Shown one piece after another: positions 46,911-55,586 of a DNA stretch of 64,000 nucleotides (within the stretch, counting starts at the first letter, position 1; each line of letters opens with the position of its first letter). The translations under genes were made by a program, and so were the position numbers. Origin of the DNA: a virus (lineage: Duplodnaviria; Caudoviricetes). The notes below the pieces were generated by a model that saw nothing but the letters and a program-made list of their open reading frames with translations, was not told the origin of the DNA and did no database searches. The stretch spans positions 488 to 64,487 of the IMG/VR virus record IMGVR_UViG_3300017569_000129; one strand, 5' to 3'.

Positions 46911-47690
46911 TCAGGGAAGCATTTGGTCAAGGTCGTCAATGTTGTCCAGCACGGTGTCCACAAGGTCTTGCTGCGTGACAGACACCGAGGGAGGGGAAGG
47001 GCTCTCTATGGGATAGGGCCAGTCCTCGATGATGACCCGCACCCTGAACATGTCACCACAATGAAGAACCTCGCATGACGGCTGTCCGTGGAAACTGTAG
47101 CTCCATGGCGCTCTTACGGGATCAGCGAGCAGAGTCTTGAGCATCTTGTTGTTGATGAAGCTCTGCACAGGGTCAGCCTTAGCGAGGTAGCACTCAGGGG
47201 ATATGCGGAGCACAGGCCTCTCAATGCTGACTATATGCTTTACAGGACTGTCAGGCGAAGCCACATCAGTTTTTGACATTCTCCACGAGCAGATAGCCAT
47301 AGGCTTCAGGGACTCATTGAACACGACTCCTCTTGAGCCATAGTAAACGACTTCCTCATTGGGAGCTGGCAGCTTTATCCTCCACAGCTTGTCACTGTCA
47401 TAGTGGGAGCAGCTGAAGACCTCTTTGGCAATAGCGCAGGGAACGCTCTTGTAGGACGGACTTCTTAAAGAATGTATCAGCGGGACTACGACTGTGAAAT
47501 TATTGTCAAACAAGTCCTGCATACGCGGACAGAACATGGGCATGACGAAGAGAGGAACCTCGAACACAGGCTGGCTGACATCAATCACCATGCAACGAGA
47601 CAGCGCTCCGTCATACATAGAGATTGAGACGCCCATCGCGCCGCTTGGCGTGTTACTGTACATGTCCCTCAAACAATATCCTATATCCAT
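46911..47690 (-). CDS. Unknown protein (259 aa) translationally coupled to the E1 gene
   Basis: Start overlaps the E1 stop (TGATG at 47690). Confidence 0.65.
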   Translation of the reverse strand: MDIGYCLRDMYSNTPSGAMGVSISMYDGALSRCMVIDVSQPVFEVPLFVMPMFCPRMQDLFDNNFTVVVPLIHSLRSPSYKSVPCAIAKEVFSCSHYDSDKLWRIKLPAPNEEVVYYGSRGVVFNESLKPMAICSWRMSKTDVASPDSPVKHIVSIERPVLRISPECYLAKADPVQSFINNKMLKTLLADPVRAPWSYSFHGQPSCEVLHCGDMFRVRVIIEDWPYPIESPSPPSVSVTQQDLVDTVLDNIDDLDQMLP

Positions 47691-49015
47691 CAGACCTCGG
47701 TTTTGAACAACATGTTCTGAGCGTTGTACTCAGTGAAGAAAGGCAGGTCATACGGAATTTCCGGATTGAGAGAGTCAGCTATGAAGTTGGTGAAGAGGTT
47801 GGTCATCACGGAGGCTATCATGCAGGCGAGGTAAGTGGTCTGCTTGAGGGAGCATACCGTACTCTCAGCCTCATGGTCAGAGAAGAGGAACTCACGCCTG
47901 TACCTGTTGATGCTGTAGTCATCATCCCCGGTCATGGCAAGCACTTGCAGGGTGTCAATGGAGAGCCTGCCGTCAAGGAAGAGGCACTTACGGCGCTCGT
48001 TAAAAGGCTTCATCTCAACATGCTTTCTCCATGAGCTGAAGAAGATGTCTCTCGCTGACATGGAGTCAAAGCCGCACATCATGATGTCGCCGGCCTCGGA
48101 CCGAGAGGTGAACTTGGTGTTAACGGCGAAGGCGTTGGTCATTGTAGTGTATTTCCCTATCATGTCAGCCACGGCGAAGACCTTGTACCTGTCGATGTCA
48201 TCCCTTGAGAAAAGCTGCCCTGACATGTTGCTCGTCTCCACCCTGTCATCGTCATAGAGGACAAGGGTTGCGGGATGCATCCTCGCTATCTGGAAAGCCA
48301 GGTTGGAGCCTATGCCTCCTGTTCCCGCGATGATGACGACAGACTTCCTTATCTCGTCATACCACTCTGTCCCTGAGAAGCGGCTTGTGGAGTCGTCAAT
48401 GAGCAGGGTGGGGGAGTTCTCAGGAATATGATAGGAAGCAAGGTCTGAGTCTTCAGTATTTTCATCCTCTTCCTCTTCGTCCTCATCTTCGTCCTCGTCC
48501 CCATCATCCTCATTTTCGGTCTCTTCCTCCTCTTCGCTTTCCTCCCCATTCTGTCCGTCCGTGTTTTCCTCTGAAGAAGCTGCCACCTCCTGCACTGGGG
48601 AGTCAGAAGAGAAGCCTGCGTCCTCAAGGATGCTGTTCCAGTCATTGTCTGTGAACTCATCTGAAGTTTCAGTAGAGCCATTATCTGCAACACTCTCATT
48701 AGCAGAGGTTTCAGGTGTTTCGTTTAAAGCAGAGTTTTCAGCCGTAACCTCATCTATTATAGCATCGTCAGCCATGTCCGTCACCTCTACCACGTCAGGC
48801 ATCGCCACCGCTATAGGGTCAGGGCTGTCATGCTGCTCCTCCACGGCGGCATAGACAGTGTTTGGCTGAGACAGGCGCCGGCGTATGGCAATAGGGTCAG
48901 CTGTTGCGGCAATGCGGGGAGAGGAATGATGAGAAGAGTGCTGGGAAGAATAAGGAGAGAAGTCAGCGGGACTGTATCCCGCCGACCTTATCATGTCATC
49001 CAAAGGGTTATTCAT
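47690..49015 (-). CDS. ThiF/E1-like activating enzyme with a long acidic N-terminal region
   Basis: SRFSG, IAGTGGIGS, YDDDRVETSNMSGQ, CGFDS, LDGRL; candidate catalytic Cys in VCSLKQ. Confidence 0.9.
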   Translation of the reverse strand: MNNPLDDMIRSAGYSPADFSPYSSQHSSHHSSPRIAATADPIAIRRRLSQPNTVYAAVEEQHDSPDPIAVAMPDVVEVTDMADDAIIDEVTAENSALNETPETSANESVADNGSTETSDEFTDNDWNSILEDAGFSSDSPVQEVAASSEENTDGQNGEESEEEEETENEDDGDEDEDEDEEEEDENTEDSDLASYHIPENSPTLLIDDSTSRFSGTEWYDEIRKSVVIIAGTGGIGSNLAFQIARMHPATLVLYDDDRVETSNMSGQLFSRDDIDRYKVFAVADMIGKYTTMTNAFAVNTKFTSRSEAGDIMMCGFDSMSARDIFFSSWRKHVEMKPFNERRKCLFLDGRLSIDTLQVLAMTGDDDYSINRYRREFLFSDHEAESTVCSLKQTTYLACMIASVMTNLFTNFIADSLNPEIPYDLPFFTEYNAQNMLFKTEV

Positions 49016-49051
49016 TTTGTCAGTTTTTATAAGTTTTGCGGGAACATTCCC

Positions 49052-50266
49052 TTAAAGGCACGCGGAGAAAGCCTCAATGAAGCTGTCAATGTACTTGTTG
49101 TCCGCGCTCTGGTAGTCAGAAAGCACGCTAATGATGGCCTCGTATATGGCGTACATGTACGTGGTGTCATCCATAGCGTCAGGGGACAGCCATGTGTCCT
49201 CATAGTAGTCAAGGACGTAGCCCACCGCCCAGTCCCTGTACTCAACGAACTTCAGCATGTCAGAGCCTCCGAACTCCTTGTCATAAACCCTCACCATGTG
49301 CTTTTTCACCCAAAGGTCAAGGTCAATCTTGTCAGTGTTGACTATGAGGGAGCACAGGAGAATTTTCGCCACAACGTCATGTATGACATTGGGGTCAGGC
49401 TGCGGCAGGGCGCCCATCTCCTCTTCAGAGAACAGGCAAGGCTCCGAGACGGCGGAACTTTGGCAGGGAGACACGGCGGAGGGGAGAGGGGAAAGCGGAG
49501 AGGGGACGGGAATACTGTTATTCCTGTTCCACTCGGTTTCATGCTTATGTCTTGAAGCCTTAACAGCCTTAGCCTCTTTGTTTTTCACAATCTCGTTAAA
49601 CCTTTCATCTATATAAGAGAAGGGGTTTGGGATGTCAGGCTTCTCGACATCAAGCATGAAATACTCTATGCGGGTCTCCTTCTCCGTGGAGTACTTCCTA
49701 TTATAGGACACAGGGAGGTCAGAGCCGAAGAAGCCATAGGAGCACCATTCGGAGACATCGCTTGAGACAGAGACTTTCCTTGTGACAGCTGCGGTATATG
49801 TGCCCTCGTTGTTCACTATGAGGGAGACGAAGTTGCAGGTGTCATTGCCCTCAGACTGAAGAGTGCCCTTGTCAGTGCCGCTGAAGAACGCGGGCATGGA
49901 GTGGTGCGAATGAACCAGTCCGATGTTGCAGTCAAAAAGCTCCATGTCCTCAGCCATGTACGCCGCCACGTCAGGGGTATTCTTGAACTCTGTGTATGTG
50001 GAGTTGCCCAAGTCCATGGGATAGATGTCGGCACAGGTAACAGTGAAGTCTTTAGTCTCAAAGGAGCCCGCGCAGGTGTAGAAGAGCACTCCCGACCACT
50101 CAGTGTCAGGGTATTTGGCTTGCAGGTACCTTATCTTGCGTTCCATGCCCTCAGGGATGACGAGCCTAAAAGTATCTGGCATTTTTATGAGGGGAGGCAG
50201 CGGACGCTGCTCCACCAGCCGCTGCGGTGTTTCCGCCTCTGTTTTCATTGTTTTTGCTGTTTCCAT
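49052..50266 (-). CDS. JAB/MPN+ metallopeptidase (deubiquitinase-like)
   Basis: EWSG Glu and HSHHSMPAFFSGTD (HxHx7SxxD); start METAK. Confidence 0.9.
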   Translation of the reverse strand: METAKTMKTEAETPQRLVEQRPLPPLIKMPDTFRLVIPEGMERKIRYLQAKYPDTEWSGVLFYTCAGSFETKDFTVTCADIYPMDLGNSTYTEFKNTPDVAAYMAEDMELFDCNIGLVHSHHSMPAFFSGTDKGTLQSEGNDTCNFVSLIVNNEGTYTAAVTRKVSVSSDVSEWCSYGFFGSDLPVSYNRKYSTEKETRIEYFMLDVEKPDIPNPFSYIDERFNEIVKNKEAKAVKASRHKHETEWNRNNSIPVPSPLSPLPSAVSPCQSSAVSEPCLFSEEEMGALPQPDPNVIHDVVAKILLCSLIVNTDKIDLDLWVKKHMVRVYDKEFGGSDMLKFVEYRDWAVGYVLDYYEDTWLSPDAMDDTTYMYAIYEAIISVLSDYQSADNKYIDSFIEAFSACL

Positions 50267-51392
50267 TTTTGTATCTGAAGTTAAGTATTTTAAGAATAGA
50301 CTGAAGAATGACCGAAGCCACGTCAGGAGCGAGGATGACAGACAAGTTGGCGTCAGCCTCACTGCTGTCAGGGTCAAGTATTTTCAAGCGGATGTCCCGC
50401 CCCTTAAACCAGCATACATGCTTTCCCACACTGTCAAGAGAAGCCGAGCTATAAGGCGAATCGGGAGAGTAGATGCCTCCGTCCTTGAGCAGCTTCTTAT
50501 CAATGATGCCTCTGTAAAACAGCTCATTAACCATAAGGCGGGGACCAAGATACTCTTCGCTTTGCGCGTTATACCAACTGATGAAGGCGTTACTGATGTC
50601 CACATAGAAGTCATAGGGAGTCATTCCAAGCGAGAAGGAGCCCTCAGAGAAGCGGAACTTCAGATGCCCGTGTCTCAAGTACCATGAGATGAAGTCCTTT
50701 CGGCAGTTGCACAGCTTGTTTTGGCTTCTCGAATATGTAGTAAACATAAGCGCCCCTTCAGACTTGCTGCCTTTCCCTATGCTTTCCAGCCTCTTATAAG
50801 GTATGCCCTCAAGGGACTCAACAGTGACGTACATGGACAGCTCCTGGCAGAACAGAGACCACAGCAGAGGGTCTGAAGACCTGTGCAGGGACGCGATAGT
50901 GTTGTTTATAGGTCCCCTGCCCAGGCAAGGTCTCTGAAATACCTCAGGATTACTCGGAATACTCCTGACATGGCTGTGCATGTAGTCGCTGCTATACTGG
51001 TCCATGGGATAAGTGCTGCGGTTGAGCCAGAAACTGTCTGCACTGTCAGGCATCATGCCTGAGAACGTGACAGGCACCTTCGCGAACAGATCCTGAATGT
51101 CAACAGACCTGCCATGCTCGTTGGAGACGGTGACCAGAGGCCACCACACGAGGATGAAAGGGTTAAGACAGACAAGCTCTGCAGGGTCAGGAGCGCTGTC
51201 AAAGACAAAGTTAGAGCCTTGCCTGTGGCTGCTGTAAACGTCGGCTATGACACCGTCGGACGGCAAGTTCTGCAGGTCAACGTAAGCCTCCCCAAAGAAA
51301 TCCTTGAACACGTCATAGACCTCAAAGACCTTTGAGAGGAGAGCGCTCCTCAACTCATCCAAAGTGTAAGACATACAATCAGTATTTGTCAT
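50166..51392 (-). CDS. Prokaryotic E2-like conjugating enzyme
   Basis: YMHSHV..PCLGRGP equivalent to the E2 HPN/HPH..CL motif; Cys codon 50925-50927; sits between Ubl and JAB genes. Confidence 0.75.
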   Translation of the reverse strand: MTNTDCMSYTLDELRSALLSKVFEVYDVFKDFFGEAYVDLQNLPSDGVIADVYSSHRQGSNFVFDSAPDPAELVCLNPFILVWWPLVTVSNEHGRSVDIQDLFAKVPVTFSGMMPDSADSFWLNRSTYPMDQYSSDYMHSHVRSIPSNPEVFQRPCLGRGPINNTIASLHRSSDPLLWSLFCQELSMYVTVESLEGIPYKRLESIGKGSKSEGALMFTTYSRSQNKLCNCRKDFISWYLRHGHLKFRFSEGSFSLGMTPYDFYVDISNAFISWYNAQSEEYLGPRLMVNELFYRGIIDKKLLKDGGIYSPDSPYSSASLDSVGKHVCWFKGRDIRLKILDPDSSEADANLSVILAPDVASVILQSILKILNFRYKNGNSKNNENRGGNTAAAGGAASAASPHKNARYF

Positions 51393-51408
51393 GTTCAACA
51401 TATAAAGT

Positions 51409-51452
51409 AAAAAAAATAAGGGAAACAAGAAGTGAGGTGCCTCCTGTTTCCC
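51409..51452 (-). terminator. Intrinsic terminator/attenuator between the Ubl and E2 genes
   Basis: GGGAAACAGGAGG-CACCTCA-CTTCTTGTTTCCC followed by TTATTTTTTTT. Confidence 0.8.
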
Positions 51453-51473
51453 GTGAGATGAAAGAGCAAATGG

Positions 51474-52133
51474 CTAAAGCTCCTTCACCATGTTGTCAAC
51501 GTCAAAGTCAGAGCCAGCCTCATAGAAGCCAACCTCGTCAGCGATGTCATCGAGGTCATCGGCGGAGAGGAAACCCTTGTCAGCGAGCCGCTTGCAGAGG
51601 TCGATGATGATGTCCTTGATGCCAGAGGACTTCATCTCCACAACAGAGGCCTTGATTTCCCTATTGTCTTCAGAGCTGCCGCTCTCTTTCTTCTGAGAGT
51701 CCTCATGCGAGGGCGAAGCGGCGTCAGACCCGCAGTGATTGCTGATGAAAGTCTCAAGGGCTGCCGTGCTCACTTGCGTGAAGTTGCGTCCGAAAGCCTC
51801 CTCAACCTTGTCCTGCAGCAGGTTGTCCTTGATGTAGCTGTAAGCGTCCTTCCTGTCCATAGCGCCAGAGGCTATGTTCTTGCGCGTGTTGGTAAGCAGG
51901 AGGACAAGGTTGTTGGTGGTCGTTCCCTTGTAAGGGATGTTGGTCGGAAGCTGCGCCGAGTCATCCATAAGGGTTGTCTTGGTTATGCCCTCAGTGAAGG
52001 ACATCCCGCTGTAGTCAATGCCGTTGTCCGAGAGGCACTGCTTGAGCTCTCCGAGAGTGGAGGCGTTGGTTGTGATTTTGTACTTTTTCTGGGTTTTGGT
52101 GTCAGCCACCATAATGGTTCTTTGCGTGTCCAT
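51474..52133 (-). CDS. Ubiquitin-like (beta-grasp) precursor protein with C-terminal extension
   Basis: Two strands, TLGELK helix, LP and terminal strand LVLLLT ending KNIASG90, then ~129 aa; first gene before E2-JAB-E1. Confidence 0.7.
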   Translation of the reverse strand: MDTQRTIMVADTKTQKKYKITTNASTLGELKQCLSDNGIDYSGMSFTEGITKTTLMDDSAQLPTNIPYKGTTTNNLVLLLTNTRKNIASGAMDRKDAYSYIKDNLLQDKVEEAFGRNFTQVSTAALETFISNHCGSDAASPSHEDSQKKESGSSEDNREIKASVVEMKSSGIKDIIIDLCKRLADKGFLSADDLDDIADEVGFYEAGSDFDVDNMVKEL

Positions 52134-52144
52134 AATTTTAACGT

Positions 52145-53143
52145 TTAATTGAACAAAGTTTTAAGTTTAAGAAATTCTTTTTTGTCCGCGAGGGACTTGT
52201 AATAGTCGCTGAAGTCCTTTTCCTTGCCGAGATCGGGGACCACGCTCGTGAAGCCTGTCCTCTCGGCAAGCCTCTTGGAGTCAGCGAGACCCGCCTTGTC
52301 AGTGTCAAAGGATATGAAGACCTTTCCGAATCTGCGCCGAAGCTCGCCGGCGGCAGTGTCAGACATGCCGTAGCCCTCGCCCTGCAAGGCAAGGGCGGGA
52401 ACGCGAAGCTGCGCGGTGACGCAGAGGGCGTCCTTCAGGGAGGAGCAGATGACAACCCTGTCACCGCTCTCCGGAATCTTGGTCCAGAGGGAGATGACAG
52501 AGCCGTCCATCTTTGAGCACCACTTGAAGCCTTTGGTGTTGAATGGCTGGTAGAGCTTAAGCTGCAGCCGCCTGTCCTTCCTCTCCACAAAGACGTATGC
52601 GTGCTTGTCAGCCGCGAAGACATAGCGGGACTTCCGCCCCGTGTCAGGGTCAGTCTTGGTCACAATCTTGTGGGAGACAGGATAGACCTCGGCGTAGGCA
52701 AGCCACTGGGGGGCTATGCCGTAACTCCGCCAGTACTCAAAGTCGTAGTCCCGCCACGGCCTGACCTTGACCTCTAATTTTGAGAGCCTGTCACGCTCCT
52801 GCTTGGTGAAAGTCCTGACGGTCTTGGGCTTCAGGACAAGGGAGGACCTCTCGATGATGTCCCCGTAAATCCTGTCCAAAGCCTGCGTGAAGGAGCAGTT
52901 CCAGCATTTGCAGAGCAAATCCATGAGGTCTCCGTGCTCGTCAGTGGCGAAGTCAATGTACCTGACCCTGCCGCTCCTGTTGAGGTAAAGGCTGAAGGAG
53001 GGGTTCCTGTCCTGCCTCAGGGGAGAGCTGATGCAGCACGGGAGCTGCCTTATGTTGAAGTAACATGAGAGCACGTCAGTCTCGGAGTATCTGCCGAACA
53101 CCTCTGAGGCTGTGACATTCGCGGAGGTCTTTCCCACTATCAT
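52145..53143 (-). CDS. DnaG-like primase (crAss type)
   Basis: SPLRQDRNPSF..DFA N-domain; Toprim SSLKD..QGEG..FDTDKAG..KDFSD. Confidence 0.85.
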   Translation of the reverse strand: MIVGKTSANVTASEVFGRYSETDVLSCYFNIRQLPCCISSPLRQDRNPSFSLYLNRSGRVRYIDFATDEHGDLMDLLCKCWNCSFTQALDRIYGDIIERSSLVLKPKTVRTFTKQERDRLSKLEVKVRPWRDYDFEYWRSYGIAPQWLAYAEVYPVSHKIVTKTDPDTGRKSRYVFAADKHAYVFVERKDRRLQLKLYQPFNTKGFKWCSKMDGSVISLWTKIPESGDRVVICSSLKDALCVTAQLRVPALALQGEGYGMSDTAAGELRRRFGKVFISFDTDKAGLADSKRLAERTGFTSVVPDLGKEKDFSDYYKSLADKKEFLKLKTLFN

Positions 53144-53194
53144 AAGAGAAACTGCAAGTTAAGACATCAGCTGGGCCGTAAGCTGCGAACAGGG

Positions 53195-54088
53195 TCAGTC
53201 CCAAGGCATCTCCTCAGATGCTGCGCCAGCTGAGGCAGCCTCCACAGGAGCGTTGAGGTCAGTGGGACTTGTCACATACTCCTGAAGAGGGCATACGCGA
53301 TACTCGGTGTTTTGCGAGCTGAGAGAAGCCATCTGCCTCTCCAGGCGAGCCAAGCCTTTGGAACCCGCGTTGTTGCGCAGCGTCATGCCGTTGCGGGTGC
53401 ATACTGTCTGATACTGCCCGTTCTCAGTGGTGCGGACACCATAAAGGAGCTTGATCTTGTTGTTAGGCTGGAGCTTCAGAGCCTCCTTGAGCTCAGAGAC
53501 ATCGCCCTTGAAGTAGTCCTTGATGTTCTCAAGGAAGAACTTGTAGTCATCAAGGTTGCCGTCCTTCATCACCCATGAGCCGTTGACATAGTTGAAGGCG
53601 TCCTCCACACCCAGGTAGTTCTTGAGGAAGTCGATGAGGTCAGCCTCTCCACGGCAGGTCATCCTGTACTTGGGAGCCAATTTGACGTCAACTCCGTTGC
53701 GCTGTATGCGCTTGCCCATCTTCGCGTCCTCGACGAGAGCCCATGTGGAGTTGCCGTACTCGTCAATGACCTGCACCTTTGTCTTGTCATTATTATAGGC
53801 AGGCTCGTTATGAAGGAAGAAGGTGGCGCGGTTGACGGCCTCAACGCCTCCGCACTGCTCAGGGTCGGTCTTGACGATGAAGTCAATGCGCACTGTGGGC
53901 ACTTCAGCGCCGTCCTGCACATAGACAGGGTCGTTGGCCTGCTCATTGCCGAAAATCCGCTCAAGCTCCTCCTTGTCAGGGTTCACCGCGATGACGTAAG
54001 AGGAACCCACTCCGATGTAACGCTTTCCGTTAAAGGACTCTTTGGACTCATGTGTCTTGCCTATGGCAAGAAAACTGTAACTTTGCAT
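53195..54088 (-). CDS. Putative single-stranded DNA-binding protein
   Basis: Replication context; acidic-aromatic tail EEMPWD. Confidence 0.65.
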   Translation of the reverse strand: MQSYSFLAIGKTHESKESFNGKRYIGVGSSYVIAVNPDKEELERIFGNEQANDPVYVQDGAEVPTVRIDFIVKTDPEQCGGVEAVNRATFFLHNEPAYNNDKTKVQVIDEYGNSTWALVEDAKMGKRIQRNGVDVKLAPKYRMTCRGEADLIDFLKNYLGVEDAFNYVNGSWVMKDGNLDDYKFFLENIKDYFKGDVSELKEALKLQPNNKIKLLYGVRTTENGQYQTVCTRNGMTLRNNAGSKGLARLERQMASLSSQNTEYRVCPLQEYVTSPTDLNAPVEAASAGAASEEMPWD

Positions 54089-54158
54089 GTTGCTTAAAAT
54101 GTTTAGAATTGTTTATAAATTAAGTGTAAAAACACTGTTATTCAAACTGTTATGGTAA

Positions 54159-54620
54159 TCAGTTAAATGAATACTCTAACCCGTTGTCATTTTTGTCCTC
54201 TGAAGGCTGCCCTTCCTGTGGGATTTCAGCTGCAGCCTCTTCATTGTTGTTTTCCGAAGGCTGCGAAGGCTGCTCCTCCCCAGGCTCAGGGATGAGGATG
54301 GTGTAGTTGTTGGCCTCAGCGTTGTAGCGCACGTTTGAGCTCGGCTCGTATGTGACTTTCCTGAGCTGTTTGCCGTCCTTGTCAAACCTGCCCTCAAGAG
54401 GAGTGACCACACGGCAGACAAGCTGCTCTGTGCCGAGTCCTCCGCAGAGAGCCTTGATGCCCTGCTCAAAGCCTGAGATCTGGACGTCGAGGGACTTGTA
54501 CTCCTCAATCATGCCTGCTATCTGGCTCTGGAGCCTCTGCTTCCTCTGCACTAAGGGTTGAACACTCTGGGCCATCCTCTTGACTGTGGCCCACTGGCGG
54601 GTTGTGATAATCTTTTCCAT
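54159..54620 (-). CDS. Hypothetical coiled-coil protein with acidic tail
   Basis: ORF tiling. Confidence 0.65.
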   Translation of the reverse strand: MEKIITTRQWATVKRMAQSVQPLVQRKQRLQSQIAGMIEEYKSLDVQISGFEQGIKALCGGLGTEQLVCRVVTPLEGRFDKDGKQLRKVTYEPSSNVRYNAEANNYTILIPEPGEEQPSQPSENNNEEAAAEIPQEGQPSEDKNDNGLEYSFN

Positions 54621-54668
54621 TTTTGCCTTAAATTAAATGTTATTGAACTGAATTGTCTTTAATGGTTA

Positions 54669-55490
54669 TTAGTTCTGCTTGTCCGTGTCAAGGAATATCT
54701 GAGACATGTCAACCTTGAGGTTGTTGTCAGCGTCAGACTCGGCTACGACGAACTTCTTTCCCCTGAGATGCAGGGGACGCGCCTCCCTTATGGTGTTGTC
54801 ACCGCCTTCAAAGGAGACAAGGGTCTTGTTGCCGTCACGGTAGATGTAGCCTATGGCGTCAGCCTCTCCGCAGATTATGTCAGAGAGCTTGCCTGCGAGG
54901 TCAACCGCCATTTCCGACATTTCCTCGCCGTCCTTCTTGATTTGCTTGTCTTTCACATGAGCCACAAGGATGAGGGTGTCGCAAAGAGGCTTGAACATAT
55001 CTATCATCTTCCTCACGGCCTGCCTGAGATAAAGGTAGCCGGCTCCGTTAGGAAGCTGCCTCACGTCAGCCTTGGGGTCTGGGACGGGCCTGCCGCTCTT
55101 GTCCTTCACGGGAAGCCCCACCTTATCCTTTAGGAAGCCCCAGCCAGCCCCCATGGGAGACTGCCTGTAAAGATGAGCCGCATAAGGGAGGGCAAGCTCC
55201 TCAAGGCGTGTGGCGTTGTCAATGGTGATGAAACGGTAAGGCTGCTTGCCGTCAGCCTTTGTCTTCTCCTCAATGGCCTTCTCTATGCTGAACAGGGCGC
55301 TCACGTCATGGGCTTGAAGAACCATGACATCAAGGGCGCGGTATCCGTCCTCAAGGTCAATGATGAGGTTTGAGTCAAGAGAGGCCATGACGGATGACTT
55401 GCCGCTCTTGGGCTTTCCGAAGAATATTATGAACTTCGGGTTGTAATTCTGCGCTTTCCTACGTTCCGTAGGCAGTACGATGTTTGCCAT
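54669..55490 (-). CDS. AAA_24 / Sak4-like ATPase
   Basis: GKPKSGKS, IIDLEDG, ITIDN and ILVAH; promoter TACCTTTG at 55521-55528. Confidence 0.85.
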   Translation of the reverse strand: MANIVLPTERRKAQNYNPKFIIFFGKPKSGKSSVMASLDSNLIIDLEDGYRALDVMVLQAHDVSALFSIEKAIEEKTKADGKQPYRFITIDNATRLEELALPYAAHLYRQSPMGAGWGFLKDKVGLPVKDKSGRPVPDPKADVRQLPNGAGYLYLRQAVRKMIDMFKPLCDTLILVAHVKDKQIKKDGEEMSEMAVDLAGKLSDIICGEADAIGYIYRDGNKTLVSFEGGDNTIREARPLHLRGKKFVVAESDADNNLKVDMSQIFLDTDKQN

Positions 55491-55586
55491 AATTTTTTCT
55501 ACTCTTTTCAGTGTCCGCCGCAAAGGTACAGCTATGCCCCCACCGGCGGAACGTGGTTTTGATGTTAGTTAAAAGATTGAAGTGAC

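Noticed and set aside
47690-49015. ThiF as a thiamine, molybdopterin or tRNA-thiolation enzyme
   Set aside because: No ThiG, MoaE, rhodanese or desulfurase genes nearby; neighbours are E2-like and JAB genes
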